Shown here: in pieces, positions 9,281 to 18,227 of the stretch | How the letters are laid out: the number at the start of each line of letters is the position of its first letter | Numbering within the stretch: the first letter of the stretch is position 1 | NCBI RefSeq assembly: GCF_053078305.1 | Contig: NZ_CP166879.1 | Strand: one strand, 5' to 3' | Length of the DNA: 64,000 nt | Program-made: the position numbers and the translations under genes | The notes under the pieces: generated by a model | The model's database searches: none | Told to the model about the DNA's origin: nothing | The model's input: the letters and a program-made list of their open reading frames with translations, nothing else

Positions 9281-9616
9281 ATGGACACTCCATACATTGA
9301 GTTATTTGCAGGCAGTCAGCAGGTATCCACGACGCTGGTACATTTTGCCGCTGATGCTGGCGTTATTCAGGAATTTACCCCGCTGATGCTGGCGGACAAT
9401 GGCGAGTTTAAGCCGTGGGATGGTCAGGAATCTGGCAAGGCTGTTTATCTGACCTCGTACCCCGTGGACACGTCAAAGCAGAAATCAGCACAGTGTTACA
9501 AGACGGGGATATTTAATATCGCCGCCGTAAACTGGCCTGAGAGCGCCGACACTGACGCGAAAAAATGCGCCGCCTTTGCGGGTTCTGGCGTATCCGTTCA
9601 GCCGCTGGCGCGATAA
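9281..9616 (+). CDS. head decoration protein, lambda gpD-like paralog
   Basis: 111 aa; TPLMLA...WDGQ...YKSG/TGIF...WPES...AFAG pattern shared with helper D at 14241-14588. Confidence 0.75.
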   Translation: MDTPYIELFAGSQQVSTTLVHFAADAGVIQEFTPLMLADNGEFKPWDGQESGKAVYLTSYPVDTSKQKSAQCYKTGIFNIAAVNWPESADTDAKKCAAFAGSGVSVQPLAR

Positions 9617-9628
9617 GCAGGGGAAACG

Positions 9629-10042
9629 ATGGCAACGAATGAAAGCATCATGGCGCTACCGCTGGCGAGTAAATTTAAAGCAGAAGCGCGGGCAATGGCT
9701 GACAGAGGTTTATCAACCTACGAGGCCGTATATCAACTCAACAAACTGGAAGAGCAGGACAAGCCGCGCGCTGATGCGATTATGGCGCTTCATGAACATA
9801 ACGACTATCAGCCGCTGTTACGTGCAATGGCAAACGTGCCATGTATTAGCGTCGATAATGCTCGTGAAATCCTGAACATGACCATAGAGCAGGAGCGCCC
9901 AAAGGTTGCGCCGGAGCTTACCGCAGCCTTTGAAAACTTTATGGACATGCACAGCCCGAAAGCCGTATCACCCGGCATGGCATACGACGGCAGAAACCAG
10001 GGCGATGAAGGCGACGTCGATCGCATACTGAAAACCATCTGA
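9629..10042 (+). CDS. scaffold protein, Nu3-like (scaffold domain only, no protease domain)
   Basis: 137 aa; C-terminus AAFENFMDMHSPKAV...DEGDVD parallels helper C/Nu3 C-terminus ALFEHFMANHSPAAV...ADGDAD. Confidence 0.65.
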   Translation: MATNESIMALPLASKFKAEARAMADRGLSTYEAVYQLNKLEEQDKPRADAIMALHEHNDYQPLLRAMANVPCISVDNAREILNMTIEQERPKVAPELTAAFENFMDMHSPKAVSPGMAYDGRNQGDEGDVDRILKTI

Positions 10043-10048
10043 CATAAG

Positions 10049-10071
10049 GCCGGAGAAATCCGGCTTTTTTT
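10049..10071 (+). terminator. rho-independent terminator after capsid operon
   Basis: GCCGGAGAAATCCGGC hairpin followed by TTTTTTT. Confidence 0.65.
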
Positions 10072-10130
10072 ACGGGTCCTTTCCGGCATATGGACCCGTT
10101 ACGGGGCGGCGACCTCGCGGTTTTTCGCTA
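10072..10130 (+). other. cos site 1 (cosN GGGCGGCGACCT at 10104-10115 with cosQ-like and cosB-like flanks), rightward orientation
   Basis: Exact lambda 12-nt cohesive-end sequence and lambda-like flanks ACGGGTCCTTTCCGG...CGCGGTTTTTCGCTATTTATGA. Confidence 0.8.
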
Positions 10131-10248
10131 TTTATGAGCTTTTTTCGGGTGCTGGTGGTGGTTTTGTTGTTCGCTCTATCTCTATGAATAAAAAGGGAAA
10201 GATAAAACCAATACACCAACCTGAAACATTACTTAAGTGGGGATATTG

Positions 10249-10791
10249 ATGAAATCGCACCTGATGAACAAAAAAAACATGGCGCAAAGCTGCCGTGTAA
10301 GTGCGACAGCGTTCGACAAGTGGGGAGTGACTCCCGTTGAACGTAAAGGACGCGAGGCTTTTTACGATGTTGCCAGCGTGATAGACAATCGGGTAAGCAA
10401 TGCAATTAACCAGGTTACAAACGACAAAGGCGAGATTGATGATGATGAACTCTTACGAGTCAGGATCAGATTACTGACCGCCCAGGCTGAGGCGCAGGAA
10501 CTTAAAAACGAGCGCGATCGCGGTGACGTAATTGATACTGAGTTTTGCCTGTACGCGCTTTCAAAGCTGGCGAGTCAGATTTCTTCAATCATGGACAGTT
10601 TGCCGCTTACCATGCAAAGGCGCTTCCCGCAGATTACTCCCGCTATGCTGGATGGGCTTAAAAGGGAAGTGGTTAAAGCCTGTAATGCCAGTGCCACAGT
10701 TGCCGACAACCTCCCGAAGATACTGGCTGATTACCTGATGGAAACTACCGGAGACGTACCGGAGAAGTTGCTACAGAAGAAAGGCGAGTAA
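10249..10791 (+). CDS. terminase small subunit, lambda Nu1-like
   Basis: LTAQAEAQELKNERDRGDVIDTEFCLYALSKLASQISSIMDSLPLTMQRRFP parallels remembered lambda Nu1; start uncertain (10237/10249/10264). Confidence 0.75.
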   Translation: MKSHLMNKKNMAQSCRVSATAFDKWGVTPVERKGREAFYDVASVIDNRVSNAINQVTNDKGEIDDDELLRVRIRLLTAQAEAQELKNERDRGDVIDTEFCLYALSKLASQISSIMDSLPLTMQRRFPQITPAMLDGLKREVVKACNASATVADNLPKILADYLMETTGDVPEKLLQKKGE

Positions 10792-10962
10792 CAGACGCGC
10801 AATTATTGAACAAAAGTAAGGCCCGACATGAAATCACCCAAAAATGCCTTTTTCATGCGTTTGTATGTCTGACCTTTTACGGTTTCGATATTATAAAAAA
10901 CAAATAGTTACGCTCGAGAGGTACCGACACGCATTTTTCAGGAAAATTTTCATAAACAGATA

Positions 10963-11015
10963 AAAACCGCGAGGTCGCCGCCCCGTAACGGGCCATAATT
11001 CCAGGAAGGACCCGA
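10963..11015 (-). other. cos site 2 (cosN reverse complement at 10972-10983), inverted relative to cos site 1
   Basis: AGGTCGCCGCCC plus lambda-like flanks on the minus strand. Confidence 0.75.
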
Positions 11016-11047
11016 CGACACCAGGCTATCAGAACGATGAGGGCACA

Positions 11048-11329
11048 ATGACAGAAGCCGAACTACTGGGATTAATCCGCTACGTTACCGGAATCAGCCA
11101 GCAGCATGACGAACAGGCCACGCAGCCGGACAGCGTGACCGCTGAAAATTATGCGCGTGTTGTTGCTGAGGTGATGCGCCGTGATGGTATCCAGCTTAAT
11201 GATGCAGATATGCGCGACATACGGATCCGCGTTCTTGAAATGCTGGCCTACCGTCGCCGCGTGCAGACGTACAGGGAAAAAGCAAAAATAACGTACCAGT
11301 GGAAGAAGCCGGAGCGATTACGGCGGTAA
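11048..11329 (+). CDS. hypothetical protein
   Basis: 93-aa ORF, last gene before the right junction. Confidence 0.4.
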   Translation: MTEAELLGLIRYVTGISQQHDEQATQPDSVTAENYARVVAEVMRRDGIQLNDADMRDIRIRVLEMLAYRRRVQTYREKAKITYQWKKPERLRR

Positions 11330-11834
11330 CTTGCTGATATTCCCGATAACGCAAAATTGCGCTCTGTCCTAACCCGTTGATATTTTCGGGAACAGCCAAC
11401 GGCTGAGGCCGGAACAACGATTATCTTTCAGATAGTCAGAGCTACGAAATTTTCGTAGTTTAATTACTCGCCAGTTTATCGTTAACTCGTTGATATTTTC
11501 GGTAACCTCAATTTGAGGAGATCGGAAACATAACCCTTCACATTCTGAATGGTTATAATGACCACTCAGACCATCAAGGCAACCATAACGAACATCGTTA
11601 CGGTTGGAGCTTTTACCCCACTGGGGGGAAGGTGCACATCTGGATCATCATTACCGTGATCAAGGGTATGTAAAACCCACCAGCCTGATTAACTGTTAAC
11701 CGGAAAAAAGCCAGGTAGCCAATCTCGATATGGGGATCCCCATATCGACATTAACGCCCCCTAGAACTGCGCATATCTGCATATAAAAACATCCACCAGC
11801 TTTATGACGGATGCCGCTCATCTGATAAATAATC

Positions 11835-11857
11835 GTGTATTGCAATGTGTATTGCGA
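11835..11857 (+). repeat. two direct copies of GTGTATTGCAA/GTGTATTGCGA near right end (arm-type sites)
   Basis: Same motif as the triplet at 228-280. Confidence 0.55.
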
Positions 11858-11929
11858 CTCCTTTAAACGATAGGTTTGAGCATTCGTAATGTACTGTTTT
11901 TAAATTTTATTTTTTCCTGTCTTTTCATA

Positions 11930-11937
11930 AAAGCCAT
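11930..11937. other. right junction core repeat AAAGCCAT (putative attR core)
   Basis: Identical to 91-98; portal frame resumes here. Confidence 0.6.
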
Positions 11938-12709
11938 GTATGCAGCGACGATTGAAAGTGAACTTGATACCGAAAAGGCCTTTGAATATATCGCCGGTGC
12001 GCCGCAGGGGCAGAAGGATAATCCGCTTATTAATATTCTGGATAAGTTCTCCACCTGGTATGACACGAATATCGTGACGCTGGGCGGTGTCAAAATTCCG
12101 CACCTTTTCCCCGGTGATGATCTGAAACTTCAGACCGCGCAGGATTCAGACAATGGATTTTCGGCGCTTGAACAGGCGCTGCTGCGGTATATCGCCGCCG
12201 GTCTTGGCGTTTCCTACGAACAGTTGTCCCGTGATTACTCGAAGGTCAGTTATTCAAGTGCCCGCGCCTCCGCCAATGAGTCGTGGCGCTATTTTATGGG
12301 ACGACGAAAATTTATTGCAGCCCGGCTGGCCACGCAGATGTTTTCCTGCTGGCTGGAAGAGGCACTTCTTCGGGGGATTATCCGTCCGCCACGGGCACGT
12401 TTTGATTTTTATCAGGCGCGTTCAGCCTGGTCGCGGGCAGAGTGGATTGGCGCAGGAAGAATGGCCATTGACGGGCTCAAGGAGGTCCAGGAATCAGTGA
12501 TGCGCATTGAGGCCGGACTGAGCACGTATGAGAAAGAGCTGGCGCTGATGGGTGAGGATTATCAGGACATTTTCCGCCAGCAGGTCAGGGAATCCGCAGA
12601 GCGGGAAAAAGCCGGACTCTCACGTCCGGTGTGGATAGCGCAGGCGTATCAGCAGCAGATAGCAGAGAGCCGCAGGCCGGAAGAGGAGACAACACCACGT
12701 GAGACGTAA
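11930..12709 (+). CDS. B: phage portal protein (lambda gpB-like), downstream part resuming after the insertion
   Basis: KAMYAATIESELD...YIAAGLGVSYEQLSR...MAIDGLKEVQE resembles remembered lambda portal C-terminal half. Confidence 0.8.
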   Translation, partial: KAMYAATIESELDTEKAFEYIAGAPQGQKDNPLINILDKFSTWYDTNIVTLGGVKIPHLFPGDDLKLQTAQDSDNGFSALEQALLRYIAAGLGVSYEQLSRDYSKVSYSSARASANESWRYFMGRRKFIAARLATQMFSCWLEEALLRGIIRPPRARFDFYQARSAWSRAEWIGAGRMAIDGLKEVQESVMRIEAGLSTYEKELALMGEDYQDIFRQQVRESAEREKAGLSRPVWIAQAYQQQIAESRRPEEETTPRET

Positions 12710-14204
12710 TCTTTCACACATTATTGCCGCAGCATTCAATGAACCGCTGCTTCTGGAGCCCGCCTATGCGCGGGTTTTCTTTTGCGCGCTCGGGCGCGAG
12801 ATGGGGGCAGCAAGTCTTTCGTTACCACAACAGCAGGTACAGCTTGATGCTCCCGGGATGCTGGCTGAAACGGACGAGTACATGGCCGGAGGTAAACGAC
12901 CGGCCCGTGTTTACCGGGTGGTGAACGGTATTGCGGTACTGCCGGTGACCGGCACGCTGGTGCACCGGCTGGGTGGTATGCGGCCATTTTCCGGAATGAC
13001 AGGCTATGACGGCATTGTTGCCTGTCTTCAGCAGGCAATGGCGGACACCTCTGTCCGGGGCGTACTGCTGGATATTGACAGTCCGGGCGGGCAGGCCGCC
13101 GGTGCGTTTGACTGCGCTGACATGATTTACCGCCTCCGGCAGCAGAAGCCGGTCTGGGCACTGTGTAATGACACGGCCTGTTCTGCGGCCATGCTGCTGG
13201 CGTCGGCCTGCTCCCGACGGCTGGTTACCCAGACATCCCGTATCGGCTCCATTGGCGTGATGATGGGCCATGTCAGCTATGCCGGTCATCTGGCGCAGGC
13301 CGGAGTGGATATCACGCTGATTTATGCCGGGGCGCATAAGGTGGATGGCAATCAGTTTGAAGCGTTGCCGTCAGAGGTTCGCCAGGACATGCAGCAGCGG
13401 ATTGATGCGGCGCGCCGGATGTTTGCCGAAAAAGTGGCGATGTATACGGGGCTGTCTGTGGAAGCTGTCACGGGGACAGAGGCTGCCGTTTTTGAAGGTC
13501 AGTCCGGTATTGAAGCCGGGCTGGCGGATGAATTAATCAATGCGTCGGATGCCATCAGTGTGATGGCTGCGGCGTTGAACACACATGATACAGGAGGCAC
13601 TATGCCGCAATTAACTGCAACGGAAGCCGCCGCGCAGGAGAACCAGCGAGTGATGGGGATCCTGACGTGTCAGGAAGCGAAAGGACGTGAACAGCTTGCC
13701 ACGATGCTGGCAGGACAACAGGGCATGAGCGTTGAACAGGCCCGGGCGATTCTGGCCGCGGCGGCACCACAGCAGCCGGTGGCATCCGCGCAGAGTGAAG
13801 CCGATCGCATTATGGCGTGTGAAGAAGCTAAAGGTCGTGAACAACTGGCGGCAACGCTGGCGGCGATGCCGGATATGACGGTGGAAAAAGCCCGCCCGAT
13901 CCTGGCGGCTTCACCGCAGGTGGATGCCGGCCCCTCACTCCGTGATCAGATTATGGCTCTGGATGAGGCAAAAGGGGCTGAGGCGCAGGCTGAACAGCTG
14001 GCTGCCTGCCCGGGAATGACAGTGGAGAGCGCCCGGGCTGTGCTGGCTGCGGGATCAGGTAAGGCAGAACCGGTTTCTGCATCAACAACCGCCCTGTTTG
14101 AACATTTCATGGCGAACCATTCACCGGCAGCCGTGCAGGGTGGCGTGTCACAGACGTCGGCAGACGGTGATGCGGACGTGAAAATGCTCATGGCCATGCC
14201 ATGA
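12699..14204 (+). CDS. C: prohead protease (S49/ClpP-like, lambda gpC) with nested in-frame scaffold (Nu3) region
   Basis: 501 aa; peptidase region then three ~40-aa scaffold-like repeats and a C-terminus similar to the satellite Nu3-like protein. Confidence 0.8.
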   Translation: MRRNLSHIIAAAFNEPLLLEPAYARVFFCALGREMGAASLSLPQQQVQLDAPGMLAETDEYMAGGKRPARVYRVVNGIAVLPVTGTLVHRLGGMRPFSGMTGYDGIVACLQQAMADTSVRGVLLDIDSPGGQAAGAFDCADMIYRLRQQKPVWALCNDTACSAAMLLASACSRRLVTQTSRIGSIGVMMGHVSYAGHLAQAGVDITLIYAGAHKVDGNQFEALPSEVRQDMQQRIDAARRMFAEKVAMYTGLSVEAVTGTEAAVFEGQSGIEAGLADELINASDAISVMAAALNTHDTGGTMPQLTATEAAAQENQRVMGILTCQEAKGREQLATMLAGQQGMSVEQARAILAAAAPQQPVASAQSEADRIMACEEAKGREQLAATLAAMPDMTVEKARPILAASPQVDAGPSLRDQIMALDEAKGAEAQAEQLAACPGMTVESARAVLAAGSGKAEPVSASTTALFEHFMANHSPAAVQGGVSQTSADGDADVKMLMAMP

Positions 14205-14240
14205 AGTCAGTGCTGACCATCAATATGAGGTTTTTACAAT

Positions 14241-14588
14241 ATGGTAACGAAAACCATCACTGAACAACGTGCGGAAGTACGTATTTTTGCCGGTAATGAT
14301 CCGGCTCATACCGCCACAGGCAGCAGCGGGATTTCTCAGGCAACACCGGCACTGACGCCCCTGATGCTGGATGAAGCCAGCGGGAAACTGGTGGTCTGGG
14401 ACGGACAGAAAGCCGGTAATGCGGCTGGCATACTGGTACTGCCGCTTGAAGGCACAGAGACGGTGCTGACGTATTACAAGTCGGGGACCTTTGCGACGGA
14501 GGCAATCCGCTGGCCTGAAAGTGTGGATGAACACAAAAAGGCCAACGCCTTTGTCGGCACAGCCCTGAGTCACGCGGCGCTGCCGTAA
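14241..14588 (+). CDS. D: head decoration protein gpD
   Basis: 115 aa; close to remembered lambda D (DPAHTATG, TPLMLD, YKSGTF, WPE). Confidence 0.85.
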   Translation: MVTKTITEQRAEVRIFAGNDPAHTATGSSGISQATPALTPLMLDEASGKLVVWDGQKAGNAAGILVLPLEGTETVLTYYKSGTFATEAIRWPESVDEHKKANAFVGTALSHAALP

Positions 14589-14645
14589 CACGTTATCAGG
14601 CCACCGCGTTGGCCTGACTGATTTCTGAATGAAAGGAACTGATTT

Positions 14646-15674
14646 ATGGGATTGTTTACGACCCGCCAGTTACTCGGTTATACCGAACAAAAAGTGAAAT
14701 TTCGTGCGCTGTTTCTGGAGCTGTTTTTCCGCCGTACGGTGAATTTCCACACCGAAGAGGTGATGCTGGATAAAATTACCGGAAAAACGCCGGTGGCAGC
14801 CTATGTCTCCCCGGTTGTTGAAGGAAAAGTGCTGCGTCATCGTGGTGGTGAAACCCGCGTGTTGCGTCCGGGCTACGTCAAGCCGAAACACGAATTTAAT
14901 TACCAGCAGGCGGTGGAGCGCCTTCCCGGTGAAGATCCGGCGCAACTGAACGACCCGGCCTACCGTCGTCTGCGTATCATCACTGATAACCTCAAACAGG
15001 AAGAGCATGCCATTGTCCAGGTGGAGGAAATGCAGGCGGTGAATGCCGTGCTGTATGGCAAATACACCATGGAAGGGGAGCAGTTTGATACTGTCGAGGT
15101 GGATTTCGGGCGCTCTGAAGGAAATAACATTGAGCAGGCTGACGGTAAAAAATGGTCTGAGCAGGACCGTGATACGTTTGATCCGACGCATGATATTGAC
15201 CTCTACTGCGATCAGGCCAGCGGTCTTGTGAATATCGCCATTATGGACGGTACGGTCTGGCGTCTGCTGAATGGCTTTAAGTTGTTCCGCGAAAAACTGG
15301 ATGCCCGTCGCGGCTCAAATTCACAACTCGAAACAGCAGTGAAAGACCTGGGGTCGGTGGTGTCCTTCAAGGGGTATTACGGCGATCTGGCCATTGTGGT
15401 GGCGAAAACGTCTTATGTGGCAGAGGACGGTACCGAAAAACGTTATCTGCCGGAGGGCACGCTGGTCCTGGGAAATACGTCAGCGGAGGGCATCCGTTGC
15501 TATGGTGCCATTCAGGATGCGCAGGCGTTGTCCGAAGGTGTGGTGGCCTCTTCCCGTTATCCGAAACACTGGATGACCGTGGGCGATCCGGCCCGTGAAT
15601 TCACCATGACGCAGTCCGCGCCGCTGATGGTGCTGCCGGATCCGGATGAGTTTGTGGTGGTACAGGTGAAATAA
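14646..15674 (+). CDS. E: major capsid protein gpE
   Basis: 342 aa; high similarity to remembered lambda E. Confidence 0.9.
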   Translation: MGLFTTRQLLGYTEQKVKFRALFLELFFRRTVNFHTEEVMLDKITGKTPVAAYVSPVVEGKVLRHRGGETRVLRPGYVKPKHEFNYQQAVERLPGEDPAQLNDPAYRRLRIITDNLKQEEHAIVQVEEMQAVNAVLYGKYTMEGEQFDTVEVDFGRSEGNNIEQADGKKWSEQDRDTFDPTHDIDLYCDQASGLVNIAIMDGTVWRLLNGFKLFREKLDARRGSNSQLETAVKDLGSVVSFKGYYGDLAIVVAKTSYVAEDGTEKRYLPEGTLVLGNTSAEGIRCYGAIQDAQALSEGVVASSRYPKHWMTVGDPAREFTMTQSAPLMVLPDPDEFVVVQVK

Positions 15675-15725
15675 TCCGGGAGCGGGGGCGAAATGCCCCC
15701 GTGTCTTTTTTCACAGGGGGCTGAG

Positions 15726-16109
15726 ATGGCAACAAAAGAAGAAAATCTGAATCGTCTTCGTCAACTGGCTGGTCTGCTGGGGCGCGAGGCGGATATGTCG
15801 GGGAGTGCTGCGGATATTGCTCTGCGTGTGTCTGAGTGGGAAGAGGAGCTTGCAGCTTCCCGGGAGGGCATTATGCACTCTGATGAGAGCGGGTCTGATC
15901 AAAATGACACAGACGATGGTGAGCAGTTGAACAACACGGATTCTCCGGATGATGTTAAAGCCGTCCGGGTACGGAAGTGCCTGCAAGTGATGGGGTATTG
16001 CCCGGAGACAGGTCGTCCCGTTGAGCTGGCGTTACGGGGTATGCGTGTTCTGGTGCCATCATCACTGGCAACGGCCATGATACAGCACGGAACGGCTGAA
16101 TATGCGTGA
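15726..16109 (+). CDS. FI: DNA packaging protein FI
   Basis: Position and architecture match lambda FI; ATG at 15726 with AGGGGG RBS. Confidence 0.7.
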   Translation: MATKEENLNRLRQLAGLLGREADMSGSAADIALRVSEWEEELAASREGIMHSDESGSDQNDTDDGEQLNNTDSPDDVKAVRVRKCLQVMGYCPETGRPVELALRGMRVLVPSSLATAMIQHGTAEYA

Positions 16110-16455
16110 TTTTCAGAATGCCTTTGATGCTGCCCTCGCCGGGGTGGACAGTACGATCGTTGAAGTGATGGGGATCCGTGCGCAGTTCACCTCCGGTGCA
16201 CAGCGTGGCGGCGAAGTTCAGGGGGTTTTTGACGATCCGGAGTCGCTGGGTTTTGCCGGTGGCGGGGTCCGTATTGAAGGAAGCAGCCCGTCATTATTTG
16301 TGCGGACGGATACGGTGCGTGCTGTGCGGCGTGGTGACACGCTGACCATTAACGGCGAGATGTTCTGGGTGGATCGTGTTTCTCCGGATGACGGGGGCAG
16401 CTGTTATCTCTGGCTCAACCGTGGGCAACCACCCGCTGTTAACCGGCGACGATAA
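16102..16455 (+). CDS. FII: head-tail joining protein FII
   Basis: 117 aa; near-identical motifs to remembered lambda FII (GDTLTI...FWVDRVSPDDGGSC). Confidence 0.9.
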   Translation: MRDFQNAFDAALAGVDSTIVEVMGIRAQFTSGAQRGGEVQGVFDDPESLGFAGGGVRIEGSSPSLFVRTDTVRAVRRGDTLTINGEMFWVDRVSPDDGGSCYLWLNRGQPPAVNRRR

Positions 16456-16470
16456 ACGCAGGGTGAAATT

Positions 16471-16953
16471 ATGGCGATAAAAGGGCTTGATCAGGCGATT
16501 GATAATCTGAGCCGGGTTCGTAAAAACGCCATTCCTGCTGCTTCAGCAATGGCCATTAACCGCGTGGCCACAACGGCAATAAATCAGTCTGCGTCACAGG
16601 TTGCCCGTGAGACAAAGGTACGCCGGAAACTGGTAAAGGAAAGGGCCAGGCTGAAAAGGGCCACGGTAAAAAATCCGCAGGCCAGAATCAAAGTTAACCG
16701 GGGGGATTTGCCTGTAATCAGGCTGGGTAATGCGCGGGTTGTCCTGTCCCGACGCAGGCGACGTAAAAAGGGGCAGCGTTCATCCCTGAAAGGTGGCGGC
16801 AGTGTGCTTGTGGTGGGTAACCGTCGCATTCCCGGCGCGTTTATTCAGCAACTGAAAAATGGGCGGTGGCATGTCATGCAGCGTGTGGCCGGGAAAAACC
16901 GTTACCCCATTGATGTGGTAAAAATCCCGATGGCGGTGCCTGTAACCAGGTAA
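16471..16953 (+). pseudogene. Z: tail protein Z, upstream part truncated by Mu-like insertion (ends with 3 foreign codons)
   Basis: Matches remembered lambda Z to ...IPMAVP, then VTR-stop from inserted DNA; remainder found at 56278-56391. Confidence 0.8.
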
Positions 16954-17245
16954 ATCATTTGATACCGACAAGGGTTTTAGTGAAAGGAGGTGAAATCACC
17001 TGTAAGATACTGAAATAAAACAGGTGATCGATGATTCTGGAGGTTGTTTAGTTTTGATACTGATTAAATAAAATCCGGTATAAAATTAAGGTATCGGCAA
17101 CAAATTTGATACTGCACATACTGCTTATGGACGTTTTTAAAAGTACTTAAAATGTCTTTTATGCTAAAAAGTTTATATCAATATCGATCTGGTCACAAAT
17201 CAAGTTGAAAGTGCTCGCTAAGTGCATAGCCTGGGCTTCATGGGG

Positions 17246-17764
17246 TTACGCTTTGGCTTCTTTATGGGTTAAATTGAAATGATGCTCCTTGGTTTCATCT
17301 CCCTCGAAAATCTCTCTAACCTTTTGATCTGATAAATTATTAAGGCTCAATGCTGCCAGGCGTCGAATACCTGTTAAAGCGATCAACTCTTGATTCTCTT
17401 GATTGCAGAATTCCAGCAATTTTTCTACCCCTTTCCTTCTCAAGGTGTAAATAACTAATTCTTGCTCTTCTTGGCTCAAAGTGTCGATGAGTTCGAGCAA
17501 CTCGCTATTGCCACCGTTCTTTTGAGGGGGCTGGTGTTTTATTTCTGCACTACCTGTAATGATGGAAACAACATGTGCAGGTAAGTCGCTTAAACGGTAG
17601 GCAAATGCTCTCCCTCTGATACCAGGTGTAGTTACCGAACGTTTTTCCCATCCTTCATTTTTTGCTCGTTTATGAAGCCCAGCCAGAGATGAAGGAAGAC
17701 CTCCAACCCCCAACAAGTCACTGGCAAGGATCCATTCTTGGTCAAGGATCATATCAAACTCCAT
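17246..17764 (-). CDS. c: Mu-type repressor c
   Basis: 172 aa leftward gene at left end; N-terminal DNA-binding domain shared with transposase N-terminus (LPSSLAGLHK). Confidence 0.7.
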   Translation of the reverse strand: MEFDMILDQEWILASDLLGVGGLPSSLAGLHKRAKNEGWEKRSVTTPGIRGRAFAYRLSDLPAHVVSIITGSAEIKHQPPQKNGGNSELLELIDTLSQEEQELVIYTLRRKGVEKLLEFCNQENQELIALTGIRRLAALSLNNLSDQKVREIFEGDETKEHHFNLTHKEAKA

Positions 17765-17981
17765 TTGATATTAACTTTTGTTTATATCTTTTATGCGGTT
17801 TATTTCAAAAATAACTCAATAAAAAACAAATAGATACAGAGCAAATTTAAAAATTTGAAATTAACCAGTTGATATTTACTAAGTTAATATCTAACATATC
17901 AAACATACACTAGTGAGTAACTCAATAGAGTAGCACACATGAGTAATAAAGTTTGCCATAGAAAGTACACAGGGGGCCATT

Positions 17982-18227
17982 GTGAGTCTTATTGAAGATT
18001 GGTCTTCCGCCGATATAAAGGCAGCCTTAGAAAAACGCGATACCAATTTGTCACGTTTATCAAGGGAAAATAATTTGCAGCCTAGGACTTTGGGTAATGC
18101 TTTGCGAGTTCCCTACCCTAAAGGTGAAAAGATAATTGCTAGGGCTATAGGTGTAGAGCCACAGGTTATTTGGCCTACTAGATATGAACGACGTGCGCGG
18201 AGGAAATATGTGGGTTGCAATGACTGA
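17982..18227 (+). CDS. ner: Ner-like DNA-binding protein
   Basis: 81 aa; GTG start with AGGGGG RBS; resembles Ner/Nlp family. Confidence 0.7.
   Translation: MSLIEDWSSADIKAALEKRDTNLSRLSRENNLQPRTLGNALRVPYPKGEKIIARAIGVEPQVIWPTRYERRARRKYVGCND

Larger units (their letters stand above)
91..11937 (+). mobile_element. satellite-like integrative element (PICI/P4-like) inserted in the portal gene
   Basis: Split portal ORF, direct repeat AAAGCCAT at both junctions, integrase just inside left end, replication module, cos sites, no portal/TerL/tail/lysis genes. Confidence 0.75.

Noticed and set aside
12736-13337. Long minus-strand ORFs (141 and 171 aa) inside the gpC-like protease gene
   Set aside because: Antisense to a well-supported conserved gene; Arg/Pro/Ala-rich composition typical of spurious GC-rich frames.
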